This document shows, one piece after another, positions 26,154-36,826 of a stretch of DNA of 62,993 nt. The notes under the pieces are model-generated. The model searched no databases. It was not told the origin of the DNA and saw only the letters and a list, made by a program, of their open reading frames with translations. Made by a program: the position numbers and the translations under genes. Source of the stretch: an uncultured Methanosarcinales archaeon. Its GTDB lineage: Archaea; Nanobdellota; Nanobdellia; Woesearchaeales; JACPBV01. The stretch spans positions 1 through 62,993 of the forward strand of contig CAZBLF010000003.1 of NCBI GenBank assembly GCA_964492935.1, read 5' to 3'. Within the stretch, counting starts at the first letter, position 1. The number at the start of each line of letters is the position of its first letter.

Positions 26154-27044
26154 ATGTCTACAGTTGAGAAAGCTTATACGTTTATCCAAGATCTTTATGG
26201 GGAGTTGGGATCCTTGCGGACTCTCTTGCAAGCAATTCTTAAGCGTGAGGCAATCATAAAGGACCATGCGCTGACAGAGAGCGGTTTTGTTATTCATAAG
26301 TATCGTTTAAAGACGTTGGCTCTGAATAAGGAATCGCTTAAGTCGCTTAGAATTGCATTGGATCGTGTGGGCATATTGGAGCGGGATGTCCTGTATAAAT
26401 TCAAAAAAGTTGCGGAGAATTTGAAAGCACTAGATCATGATTTCCGTATCTACCATGGCGGAACATTAAAAATGGGTCAAATTTTGAAACACCACTTGAG
26501 GGATTCCTTTGAGCTTTCACGTAGGGCTAAAGGTATTGTGATTTTGTTGGAGGCGTGTTTAGCTGAGGGGGTTAAGCTTTCTAAGCCTTATCTAGTGGGA
26601 AGGGCTCCTCGATTGTTAGGCAATCTCGAGCGAATGTCAAATAGGATATATACTTTGATAGAGATTTTGAGACAATTGAGTGTGGTGGTTATCCAATTCA
26701 AGAAGGAGCATTATCTCTCGTCAGCTCGTTCGTATGGACGTATCATGAATAGGTCGGAAGCAAAATTTCTTTTGAGTAAGAAAACGCTTTCGAGATCGAC
26801 AGATAGATCTTCTGGAGCCCTGGTAGGAGTTTTTGATTCACCTCCTTCTCTTAGAAGAAAGCTCGTTGTAATGCCTGAGGATGAGAGAAAGAATTATTTT
26901 GGAGAAATTGGGGCTAGGGGAACAAGCATTGTTTTTTTTGAAACTACCTTGAAACCGAGTGTTGGACCGATTCCCCAGTCAAACGGACTTAAAGAATACA
27001 AATTTCCACGTGGAATTAGAATTTCGAATCTGGAAGCAGCTTAG
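26154..27044 (+). CDS. Hypothetical protein
   Basis: 296-aa ORF, Arg/Leu-rich, with no recognisable motif. It converges on the next gene with a 4-nt overlap. Confidence 0.4.
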   Translation: MSTVEKAYTFIQDLYGELGSLRTLLQAILKREAIIKDHALTESGFVIHKYRLKTLALNKESLKSLRIALDRVGILERDVLYKFKKVAENLKALDHDFRIYHGGTLKMGQILKHHLRDSFELSRRAKGIVILLEACLAEGVKLSKPYLVGRAPRLLGNLERMSNRIYTLIEILRQLSVVVIQFKKEHYLSSARSYGRIMNRSEAKFLLSKKTLSRSTDRSSGALVGVFDSPPSLRRKLVVMPEDERKNYFGEIGARGTSIVFFETTLKPSVGPIPQSNGLKEYKFPRGIRISNLEAA

Positions 27045-27610
27045 CTGTCTTTTTGCGCGTATCCTATTAAGTGAATGCTTTTTTGTTTACCGCTATGGAA
27101 GCCTACGATACGATAGTTTCCATCGTTATGCCAGACTGCCTTGACTGATTTGAGTGGATCATTTGGTGGACTGCCCAGTTCAGATCGAATAGTGTCTTCA
27201 TGCTTTCTTAATCCTTTTTGAGCTGCGCTTTCTAGCTGTTCTTCATTATCTCGAACATAGAATATTCCGTTTCTGCCACCAGAGCAGTAGTGACCAAAAC
27301 CATATTTCATCATGACCTCGAGTGGTTTTTTGATCTGTCTCTCGTCTCTGGAAAATTCCTGCAATAATTCATCAGAAAAAGTTACACCTACGTCTTCATT
27401 AGTTCGACTGTCTCTTACATTCATCATTGGAACGGGGGCATCTCCTCGAACATATTGCCTTAGATGATTTATAAATAAATCGGATCCTACGGCCCCGTAC
27501 TGTTCACGGGAGTGTACTCTCAAAGCACCTTGCTCGGTGAAGAGATTTTCGTATTCTGGTTGTGATTTTTTCTTTGCCATATTGTTCTTTGATTTGGGAG
27601 TTATGTTCAT
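27041..27610 (-). CDS. Hypothetical protein
   Basis: 189-aa ORF with no recognisable motif. Confidence 0.4.
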   Translation of the reverse strand: MNITPKSKNNMAKKKSQPEYENLFTEQGALRVHSREQYGAVGSDLFINHLRQYVRGDAPVPMMNVRDSRTNEDVGVTFSDELLQEFSRDERQIKKPLEVMMKYGFGHYCSGGRNGIFYVRDNEEQLESAAQKGLRKHEDTIRSELGSPPNDPLKSVKAVWHNDGNYRIVGFHSGKQKSIHLIGYAQKDS

Positions 27611-27631
27611 TTATAAACCTTCCCCTTTGTA

Positions 27632-28213
27632 CTACTTAATAGTGATTAACTCTCCAATACTGATAATTTTTAAGTTGTGTTGTTGTGCGAATAGTTTTAA
27701 GTCTTGATCTCGTGCCATGGTGCCATCTTCGTTCATGATTTCTATGAAGACTGCTGCCTGTTGTAGATTAGCTTGTTTGCATAATTCTAGAGAGGCTTCG
27801 GTGTGGCCTTTTCTTTCTTGTAAGAGGTTAGTTGCTGCTTTAAGTGGGAAGACGTGGCCGGGTCGTGTGAGGTCTTCTGGTTTTGTTTCTGGGTTTATTA
27901 GTGCTTTAATGGTGGCTAGTCGGTCTTTTGTTGAAACACCTGTCGTGGTTGATTTAGCATCTACGCTCACGGTGAATTGAGTTTGGTGGGTGTCGGTGTT
28001 TTCTTGCACCATTAATGGAATGTTTAGTTGATTAAGTCTGGTTTCTGTTAATGGGATGCATAAAATGCCTCTGCCTTCTTTGAGCATGAAGTTAATCTGT
28101 TGTTCGGTAATTAGTTCTGCAGCACCTACTAGGTCACCTTCGTTTTCTCGGTCTTCGTGGTCGGTTACGATGATTAACTTTCCTTGTTTGAAGTCTTCTA
28201 TTGCTGGATGCAT
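27632..28213 (-). CDS. ribB: 3,4-dihydroxy-2-butanone-4-phosphate synthase
   Basis: MHPAIEDFKQGKLIIVTDHEDRENEGDLV... is the canonical RibB N-terminus. The track ORF extends to a TTG at 28276, which lies inside repeat C3, so ATG 28213 is preferred. Confidence 0.85.
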   Translation of the reverse strand: MHPAIEDFKQGKLIIVTDHEDRENEGDLVGAAELITEQQINFMLKEGRGILCIPLTETRLNQLNIPLMVQENTDTHQTQFTVSVDAKSTTTGVSTKDRLATIKALINPETKPEDLTRPGHVFPLKAATNLLQERKGHTEASLELCKQANLQQAAVFIEIMNEDGTMARDQDLKLFAQQHNLKIISIGELITIK

Positions 28214-28273
28214 GGTTCTGAGAATTGGTTGTTGTTTTAAAAAGGTTGCTGCGATGGGCGTCGGTATGTCTTG

Positions 28274-28341
28274 CAATACCGAGGCACGGCGGGATTATGA
28301 GCCACTATGTGTCTCATCCACCTCAGAGGGCGTCGGTATTG
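28274..28341. repeat. Family-C structured repeat, short form (C3)
   Basis: Closed by CAATACCGA/TCGGTATTG. It shares GAGGCACGGCGGGATTATGAGC and CCTCAGAGGGCGT with C1 and C2. It is preceded by a 17-18-nt duplicate of its right end (28256-28273 versus 28328-28344). Confidence 0.75.
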
Positions 28342-28345
28342 TTGT

Positions 28346-29419
28346 TTACAAATACCCTTCTACTAGAATATCTTTTCCGATCTTCTTGAAATCGATGTTT
28401 TTGAGTTTAAGGGCTTTGTCGACTTGGGTGATGCCGAGATCTCCTACGGCGGCTGGGCCTTGTCCAATCATTTTTGGGGAGATGAAAAAGAGCATCTTGT
28501 CTACAATGCCTGCTCGTATGGCTTCTGCGTTTAGGACAGCGCCGCCTTCGATCATGATGCTGGTGATGTCATGCTTTCCGAGTTCTTTCATTGCTTCTTT
28601 GAGATCAATCTTTCCACGATTGAGATTGGTATGGATGAATCTTACGCCCTTTAGCTGGAGTGCTTTTACTTTTTTCTTGTTCGCTGTTTTAGAGGTGATG
28701 ATGATTAGTTTGCCAGGTTCTTTTTTGACTATTTTTGCTTTTTCGCTGATTTTTAGTTTTGAATCTATGACAATTTTGATTGGATTCTCGCCGCGAGTTA
28801 ATCGAACGGTAAGCTCAGGATTGTCCTTCTTTACGGTGTTGCTGCCGACCATCACTGCATCGAGGTCTGATCTTAGTTCATGAACAATTTTTCTTGCTTC
28901 TTTTCCGGAGATGTACTTTGAGTCGCCGGATTTTGTTGCAATTTTTCCATCAAGGGACATTGCTGCTTTGACGATGACGAATGGTTTCTTGGTTTTCATC
29001 CACTTGAGGTAGACTTCGTTGAGTTTTGCGCATTCCTCGTCTAGAATTCCTATTCTTGATTTGATGCCGCGACCTTTGAGTTCTTCAAAGCCGTTGACCA
29101 TGGGATTGGGATCTTTATTTCCGATGACTATTTCTCTGACTCCTGATTGGACGATTTGTTCGGTACAGGGAGGTGTTTTCCCCCAATGGGAGCATGGTTC
29201 GAGAGTGCAGTAGAGAATAGAATCTTTTGCCTTCTTTCCGGCTTCTTTTAGTGCGTTGACTTCTGCGTGATGGTCGCCTGCTTTCTTGTGATAGCCGCGT
29301 CCTACGATTCTGCCGCGTTTAATGATTAAGCATCCTACTAAGGGATTAGGGGAGACTTTACCGCGGCCTTTCTCAGCTAGCTTGATGGCCATTTCTAGGT
29401 ATTTCTTGTGTGGAATCAT
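28346..29419 (-). CDS. ribD: Bifunctional riboflavin biosynthesis deaminase/reductase
   Basis: 357 aa. Deaminase zinc site HAEVNAL...PCSHWGKTPPC, then a C-terminal reductase domain. Confidence 0.85.
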   Translation of the reverse strand: MIPHKKYLEMAIKLAEKGRGKVSPNPLVGCLIIKRGRIVGRGYHKKAGDHHAEVNALKEAGKKAKDSILYCTLEPCSHWGKTPPCTEQIVQSGVREIVIGNKDPNPMVNGFEELKGRGIKSRIGILDEECAKLNEVYLKWMKTKKPFVIVKAAMSLDGKIATKSGDSKYISGKEARKIVHELRSDLDAVMVGSNTVKKDNPELTVRLTRGENPIKIVIDSKLKISEKAKIVKKEPGKLIIITSKTANKKKVKALQLKGVRFIHTNLNRGKIDLKEAMKELGKHDITSIMIEGGAVLNAEAIRAGIVDKMLFFISPKMIGQGPAAVGDLGITQVDKALKLKNIDFKKIGKDILVEGYL

Positions 29420-29471
29420 CTTTTAACCACCCCTTGCTAATACAATCTTTGCATTATATATAAAAGTATAG

Positions 29472-30779
<1,308 letters not shown>

Positions 30780-30791
30780 TACTATTTTATA

Positions 30792-31826
30792 GTGGTGAAA
30801 ATAGGAAGGTTTGAAAGTGGCTTTTGTTTCATGGTTTTTATGGGCACCAAGCGTTATCCCTCTGCATTCACATTTGCAGTAGTTCCGATTCCCTCTCCAG
30901 TGATTGATTTTTCTAGATCTCGTAATGTTTTTGTTGATTTACCTGAAGATGATTCGAATGACATTCCCGTTAGTTATGAAACTGTTATAGGGATAGATGC
31001 CATAAAGCCACCTCTTGCCTTGGCTAAACCTGAGATAAATTCCCCTTTACACGAAGAATATATTCTTCGAAATAAGGGAGAGGAAAATCAAAAGCTAGCT
31101 GAACGGGCATCTCAGAGAGCCCTAGAGGTGTTGATGGGCAAAAAAAGCTATATCATTGACGATCGATATTGGATGTTGGGAACTGGAACATCACCCATCA
31201 AGATCGGTTATAGATCAGGATTTAGTGGCAAGCGGAAAGAGGTCTATTCTAAGAAACCTGATGCCAACAGAATCGTTGGTTGGTTTTTTAATAATATCAT
31301 AAGTGGATTTCCTCCTGTTAGATATGTTTTTAATGAGTCGATATTTTTGGAGCAGGCTGTTGAAGGAAACTCACTGTCTCAAATTGTAGAGCCTCTTTAT
31401 CTTACTCAGAAATCATATTGTGAGGGCTTGGTTCGAGCCGCAGCACATGCGGATTTTCTTGGGTTAGACGCCGATATTAAGAATCCAAGAAACAGGATTG
31501 TTAATTCTGAAGATAAAACCCAGCTTTTTGATTTTAATTTGATTTTCGGTCCTAGGTCTCCTGGGAGTGAAAATTTTCTTCTTTCTCAATATCTTCCTAA
31601 ATTTCCTTCAAGTGAGGGCATGTTGGAGGCCTACAAGGATGAGCAGAAGCAGATTGTTAAGAGAGTAAAAAAACAAGAGAAGAGCTTTTGGAAAATGGCG
31701 GGTATCGCCGGAGAGTTGGAAGATGGCTCATATCAATCTCTTGATCGGCGTATTAATTCATGGCACGAAAGCAGTAACTTGAAGGAATATTTTGAGCGAA
31801 AATTACGTGCATATGAGAGAAGTTAA
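30792..31826 (+). CDS. Hypothetical protein with weak protein-kinase-like catalytic-loop motifs
   Basis: 344 aa from a GTG start; ATG 30831 or 30840 is more likely. HADFLGLDADIKNPRN and LFDFNLIF resemble HRD-x-K-x2-N and DFG. The similarity is weak. Confidence 0.4.
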   Translation: MVKIGRFESGFCFMVFMGTKRYPSAFTFAVVPIPSPVIDFSRSRNVFVDLPEDDSNDIPVSYETVIGIDAIKPPLALAKPEINSPLHEEYILRNKGEENQKLAERASQRALEVLMGKKSYIIDDRYWMLGTGTSPIKIGYRSGFSGKRKEVYSKKPDANRIVGWFFNNIISGFPPVRYVFNESIFLEQAVEGNSLSQIVEPLYLTQKSYCEGLVRAAAHADFLGLDADIKNPRNRIVNSEDKTQLFDFNLIFGPRSPGSENFLLSQYLPKFPSSEGMLEAYKDEQKQIVKRVKKQEKSFWKMAGIAGELEDGSYQSLDRRINSWHESSNLKEYFERKLRAYERS

Positions 31827-32707
31827 TTAGTGGTTATAATAGGATCTTCTAATACGAGAATGGTATGTTCGGATTGAGCTACTAGGCCTTGCTGTTTTTC
31901 TACTAGCGGCGGATGTTCTTTTAGGATGCCTAGTTTTCTCATTTCGTTGAGTGCGTATTGTACTTGGTTCGCGGAGAATTTTTTGGTTAGCCATCTGATG
32001 GTGAAAGGAAGGTTGTTGTAGGTTTCGATTTCTTTTATGATGTTTCTTACGAATCCTATTCTCGTTGATTTCTTTCCTACTAATTCGAAGACTGATGCAT
32101 CGCCTTTCTGTTCTATCATGCCTACTCCTGTTGTTGCGAACGGTTCTATTGCGATTGCTTGATTTTCCTCTAGCGTTGCATTTTCTTTGGTATCGAAATT
32201 GGGGATTGTTGGTTTAGAATGGACATTAAATTCTCCTAGGCCGTGGCCGGAAAGGTTGCGTACGGGCTGGAATCCAGCGTCGGTTATTGTTGTTTCAATG
32301 GCTTTGCCGATGTTAGCTAGCTTGGCTCCTGGTTTAACTACTTCTAGAGCTGCGTTTAATGCCTCTCTTGAGGCTTTTACGAGGTCTTTGTGGTCATTGC
32401 TTAGATCTACAGTCAATGCGTTATCACCGATGAAACCGTTGACGTGAACGCCTACATCGAGGCATACTACTTGGTCGTCAAAAGTGGTTTCGTCGTCTTC
32501 TTCAGAACAGTAATGTGCGGCAACTTCGTTTAGTGAGATTTGTGCTGGAAATGCTGGGAGTGCTCCTAGTTCTTTTATTTTCTCTTCAACTTTATCGAGA
32601 ACGTCAACTACTCTTGTGCCGCGTTTAATCAGGTCTTTTCCGTGGTTAAGTGCATCTCTTGCAATCTTGCCAGCTTGTTTGTAATTGTTAATGGTTTGTT
32701 CGTCCAT
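31823..32707 (-). CDS. map: Methionine aminopeptidase, type 2
   Basis: 294 aa. FPAQISLNEVAAHY, DVGVHVNGFIGD, SGHGLG and AIEPFAT motifs, plus a C-terminal winged-helix insert. Confidence 0.85.
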   Translation of the reverse strand: MDEQTINNYKQAGKIARDALNHGKDLIKRGTRVVDVLDKVEEKIKELGALPAFPAQISLNEVAAHYCSEEDDETTFDDQVVCLDVGVHVNGFIGDNALTVDLSNDHKDLVKASREALNAALEVVKPGAKLANIGKAIETTITDAGFQPVRNLSGHGLGEFNVHSKPTIPNFDTKENATLEENQAIAIEPFATTGVGMIEQKGDASVFELVGKKSTRIGFVRNIIKEIETYNNLPFTIRWLTKKFSANQVQYALNEMRKLGILKEHPPLVEKQQGLVAQSEHTILVLEDPIITTN

Positions 32708-32753
32708 AGGGTTAGGAGAAATGTTCGGTATTTAAATCTAGTTGTTGGGTTTC

Positions 32754-33062
32754 TTATCTCTTCACTTCGATTACGCCTCTTTTGACGGGCTCCTTTTTCT
32801 TCGGGTCTTCGCCTTTAGCGATCGCTTCGAGAACTGGAAGAGTGTGCTTGATATGAGTCATTCTTTTTTTGAGGCGTTCGGTACGGATGTCGAAGGTGTC
32901 TTTGGTGATTTTCTTGTCTACAAAGTAATCGTGCTGTGCTTTTCTTAATAGGAAGGTAATCGTTCTTTCTTCCATTTTCAACATTTTTGCTTTATGCTCT
33001 GCTCGCTTTTTTTGGTAGAGTTCCCAGGCCGGCTTTGCAGCAAATCCTGCTGCTATCGGCAA
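32754..33062 (-). CDS. Small membrane-anchored coiled-coil protein; true N-terminus probably upstream (frame open to 33263)
   Basis: The track start is a TTG in the middle of a hydrophobic helix (..YWITILIL|PIAAGFAA..). The same frame stays open for 67 more codons of coding-like sequence with no ATG, GTG or TTG. Confidence 0.5.
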   Translation of the reverse strand: MPIAAGFAAKPAWELYQKKRAEHKAKMLKMEERTITFLLRKAQHDYFVDKKITKDTFDIRTERLKKRMTHIKHTLPVLEAIAKGEDPKKKEPVKRGVIEVKR

Positions 33063-33258
33063 AATGAGGATGGTAATCCAGTAGCGCTGGATGAAATTCT
33101 TGCTTAATTCGGTGATGCCGCGCAGGCGATGGAATTCATTTCTCTCAACTTCAAGCGATTGTTCTGCTTGATTTAGAAGATCAAGTGCATCTGTAAACCT
33201 CTTTTTAATAGGGTTCTTATCAAAAGGTATCTTTATAAATCTTCTGTAGAAAACTGTG

Positions 33259-35151
33259 TTACTTTATTCGAACTGCTTCTAGATTTCTTGGGGCGCCGGT
33301 TTCGATGCGGTTTTGTTTGTGGATGGATGATGCTAGATCGAGACATCTCGAAGACTCTCCGTGATTTACTAGGACTCGTTTTGGTTTCGGTTCGATGCGT
33401 TTCATGAAATCCATTAACTCTTTACGACCGGCGTGTCCGGAAAAGCCTTCAATGGTATGGACGCCCATCTTAATGGGGCAGACTTCTGGTTTGCCGGAGG
33501 TTTGGAACATGATTTCTCGCTCTCCTCGCTGGATTCTTTTTCCTAGGGATCCTTCACCTTGATAGGAAACAAACATTAAACTGTTTTTTGGATTGTCAGA
33601 TAGGTTTCTTAAGTATTCTACGGATGGACCGCCGACAAGCATACCTGATGTTGCAAGAATGATGCAGGAGCCGGTTTCTTCTATGACTACTTTTCGTTCT
33701 TTTACTGAGGCAACTTCACGGAATTTGTCGTTAAGGAAAGGATTTTCGTCTTTATGGAAGATTTGCTTGCGAATGGTATTGTTGAGGAATTCAGGGTATG
33801 CGGTATGGATTGCGGTGACGTCCCAAACCATACCGTCTACGAAAATAGGGACATCGGGAATTTTCTTGGTGCGCACCATATGATCGATGACGACCATGAC
33901 TTCTTGTGCTCGTCCTACTCCTAGTACCGGAATGAGTACTTTTCCGTCTTGTTTGATGGTTTCTGTAATAACGTCTTGGATGTGTTTTTCTTGATCGGCT
34001 CTAGGGGGTAAGGCACAATCCTTTCCACCATAGGTAGACTCACACATGAATGTCTCGCAGCGCGGGAAGGTTGAGATGGCAGGTTCTAGTAATCGAGTAG
34101 GGGCACACTTCATGTCTGCACCGTAGACGAGGTTATGTAGGCCGTTGCCAATGTGCAAATGCACCATGGAGCTTCCGATGATGTGGCCGGAATTGTAAAG
34201 TGTGATACGGATGTCTGGGGTGATGTCTGTGACTTCGCCATATTCTAGAGTGATGGTGTGCTTGACCATTTCTCTAATGTCGTCGGCGTTGTAGATGGGG
34301 TCTCGTCCTTCGCCACGGGCAATTTTAACGTAATCGAGTGTTAACAGTGACATAACATCGCGCGTGGGTTCGGTACAATAGATAGGTCCGCGGTAACCGT
34401 ATTTGAATAGGTACGGGACAAATCCGCAATGATCGAGATGGGCGTGGGAGATAATGACTGCATCGAGTTGCTTGATATCGAATTCGGGTGCTTCTAGAAT
34501 CGGATACGGATCGCGATCATCGGCAACGTTGACTCCGACATCCATTAATACTCTGGATTCGGGTGTTTGTAATAAGATAGAAGAACGTCCGACTTGGCGT
34601 CCGCCGCCGAGATAGCTTAGGCGAATCCACTCGTGCTTTTTCTCTCGAATCCAGCCGTCATAGATACGGTGGCCTACCTTGTCAAGGAACTTTCTTCGAT
34701 AATCTGAATTTTGATACAGAACACCGCGAATGTTCTCGATTAATTTTGATCTGATTGCGGGTTTACGTCTGATTAACGGTACCCAGGTTGTTTTTGCTCT
34801 AATTTCATGGAGAAAGAATCCTTGTTTGCCGATTGCTAGTCCTGGTTTTTCTGCTTCGATAACGACCATACTTCTTTCGGGATCGAAAATGATTTGGTCA
34901 ATTGCGGCTTCGGAGGGAATAATTTTTCGAATTTCTTTTTCTGCTTCCTCTTGGGCCATGCACATAGAAGGATCGGGACGCAATTCTACACGCTTCTTTA
35001 CGTTATTGACTGCGTTACGGATTGCTCCTTTATTATCTAGAAAAAAGTCCTTGTCCTTAGTATAGAGGACAATGTTTGCTCCTTCGAACGCAGCTTCGCT
35101 AACGCTTTTTGCTGGAAGGTCCTTTAAGATTTCTTTAATGATATCGGTCAT
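33259..35151 (-). CDS. fttA: aCPSF1/FttA beta-CASP ribonuclease with N-terminal KH domains
   Basis: 630 aa. Two KH-like segments, metallo-beta-lactamase HAHLDHCG, a beta-CASP region and C-terminal SGHAG. Confidence 0.9.
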   Translation of the reverse strand: MTDIIKEILKDLPAKSVSEAAFEGANIVLYTKDKDFFLDNKGAIRNAVNNVKKRVELRPDPSMCMAQEEAEKEIRKIIPSEAAIDQIIFDPERSMVVIEAEKPGLAIGKQGFFLHEIRAKTTWVPLIRRKPAIRSKLIENIRGVLYQNSDYRRKFLDKVGHRIYDGWIREKKHEWIRLSYLGGGRQVGRSSILLQTPESRVLMDVGVNVADDRDPYPILEAPEFDIKQLDAVIISHAHLDHCGFVPYLFKYGYRGPIYCTEPTRDVMSLLTLDYVKIARGEGRDPIYNADDIREMVKHTITLEYGEVTDITPDIRITLYNSGHIIGSSMVHLHIGNGLHNLVYGADMKCAPTRLLEPAISTFPRCETFMCESTYGGKDCALPPRADQEKHIQDVITETIKQDGKVLIPVLGVGRAQEVMVVIDHMVRTKKIPDVPIFVDGMVWDVTAIHTAYPEFLNNTIRKQIFHKDENPFLNDKFREVASVKERKVVIEETGSCIILATSGMLVGGPSVEYLRNLSDNPKNSLMFVSYQGEGSLGKRIQRGEREIMFQTSGKPEVCPIKMGVHTIEGFSGHAGRKELMDFMKRIEPKPKRVLVNHGESSRCLDLASSIHKQNRIETGAPRNLEAVRIK

Positions 35152-35268
35152 TGTTTCACGTCAATGGTAGAATGTATTCTTCAATATGTTATATGGCAGA
35201 AATGGTGTCATTTGCTCCCCATTTCCTGGCGTAGTAACCCTGTACCTTTTTTTTATTTAGCATGGTTA

Positions 35269-35913
35269 CTACACTTCGATTTTCATATCTATTAATTTGG
35301 TTAGTACTTTTTTGATTCCTTCATTGGTGATGGTGATGATGTCGATTCCGTTTCCAGATGCGATGTCTCGTTGTACGGCTGCATTAATTGCTTTACCGCC
35401 TAGCTTTACCGCTTCTTCAACCGTGATTTCGGGTTTGTAGAGTGTTTCTAAAACTCCGTATGCCATTACACTTCCGGATCCTGAACTGGTATATTCGTCG
35501 ATCTTGGTTGTGGATCCATCTGCGCCTACATCATAGACGTGGACTCCCTCGCTGTCCATTCCCCCTGCAACGAAATGTGAAATTCCGGGGATGGTTGAGA
35601 ATTTTCGAATGTTATTGTAGACCATGTTTGCTAACAGATTAACTGCTTCTTTTACACTTGAGCGGCGTCCTGAACGTAGGTCTTTGAGTTTGAGTTCTGA
35701 TCTTAGTAATTTAATCATTAATTGTACATCGGATACGGTGCCTGCAACCGTTACGGCAACGTTGTCGGTTATCTGCACAATCTTTTCGTAGGTTTTGTAG
35801 GATACTAAGTAGCCAGAGGTTACTCTTTTATCTGCACATAACACAGCGCCATCTTTACAAACCATAGCTACCGTGGTTGTACCTGTTTTCATAACGTTCT
35901 TATCTTCTACCAT
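35269..35913 (-). CDS. psmB: Proteasome subunit beta
   Basis: 214 aa. Propeptide MVEDKNVMKTG followed by the TTTVAMV catalytic Thr. Confidence 0.9.
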   Translation of the reverse strand: MVEDKNVMKTGTTTVAMVCKDGAVLCADKRVTSGYLVSYKTYEKIVQITDNVAVTVAGTVSDVQLMIKLLRSELKLKDLRSGRRSSVKEAVNLLANMVYNNIRKFSTIPGISHFVAGGMDSEGVHVYDVGADGSTTKIDEYTSSGSGSVMAYGVLETLYKPEITVEEAVKLGGKAINAAVQRDIASGNGIDIITITNEGIKKVLTKLIDMKIEV

Positions 35914-35976
35914 TCTTAAGGAGAATTACTTATGTTGAGTTGATTGGTGTTCATATATAAATGTTGTGTATCTGTG

Positions 35977-36792
35977 TTAGTTTGAGGGGAAAAGTAGTTG
36001 TTTGATTGCTTTGGTACAGGAGGGTGATTTCATCCAGACACCACAATCATTGTGCTTGTCGGTTTTTCCTTCATGGAGCATGAACATCATTTCTTTGTCA
36101 TCAATGAAGACTGCTCTAGTATTAGGATCTTGATTAATTACGGTCACTTTGGTTTTAAGTTTCTTCTGTAGTTTCTCGGCAGCTGGTGCGATGATGGTGA
36201 TAGCAAGCTTGTTTTTGTTTTTCTTCAATGCTTTATTGAGGACATTAATTTTTCTAGCGAATCCTTCTTCAGTTGTTGCAATGAGAATGCTTTTCTCTGC
36301 TTTTTCGAAAAGGGTTCGCATGTATGCATTAAGATTGTCTCTTCCGGTAACTGCGGTTGAGATATCCTGGCTGTCATGTTTTTCGATTCCGGTTTTGTAA
36401 AGTAATTCTAGATCTCCAAAGATGTCGGTGGTTCGAATGTCTTCAAACATTTGAAGACTTAAGGAGGTATCTTCTTGGATTTCTTTTTGAACACGATCGA
36501 TGATTTCTTCGGGTGGAATTGAAATGTATTTGATGGGTTTACCGATTTTCATGATGATGAAGCCTTTCTTTTCAAGACTTTCAAGAACGTCGTAGCATCT
36601 TGATCTCGGTACACCTGAAACATCTGCTAGTTCGCCTGCAGTTGCGACTCCTTTCTCAAGAAGAACGGTCCAAATTTTAACTTCGTAAATATTCAGGCTA
36701 AAATCTTCTTTTAATCGCAATAACATTTCTTGTTTGAGTGCCATACAAGGTGGAAGCACTTTTTGCTTTATAAAGGTTTCTGTTGTATTCAC
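35977..36792 (-). CDS. TrmB-family transcriptional regulator
   Basis: 271 aa. N-terminal winged HTH (YEVKIWTVLLEKGVATAGELADVSGVPRSRCYDVLESLEKKGF) plus a C-terminal effector-like domain. Confidence 0.75.
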   Translation of the reverse strand: MNTTETFIKQKVLPPCMALKQEMLLRLKEDFSLNIYEVKIWTVLLEKGVATAGELADVSGVPRSRCYDVLESLEKKGFIIMKIGKPIKYISIPPEEIIDRVQKEIQEDTSLSLQMFEDIRTTDIFGDLELLYKTGIEKHDSQDISTAVTGRDNLNAYMRTLFEKAEKSILIATTEEGFARKINVLNKALKKNKNKLAITIIAPAAEKLQKKLKTKVTVINQDPNTRAVFIDDKEMMFMLHEGKTDKHNDCGVWMKSPSCTKAIKQLLFPSN

Positions 36793-36826
36793 TTTGTAGT
36801 GATACTAATATGCCTTGTTTTATCTC

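Noticed and set aside
28274-28341. FMN riboswitch upstream of ribB
   Set aside because: The hairpin is only 68 nt, lacks the multi-stem FMN aptamer layout I would expect, and is clearly a member of repeat family C found at unrelated loci. An Rfam scan would settle it.
28056-28883. 275-aa plus-strand ORF spanning the ribB-ribD junction
   Set aside because: It is antisense to two genes with strong motif support (RibB, RibD) and has no motifs of its own.
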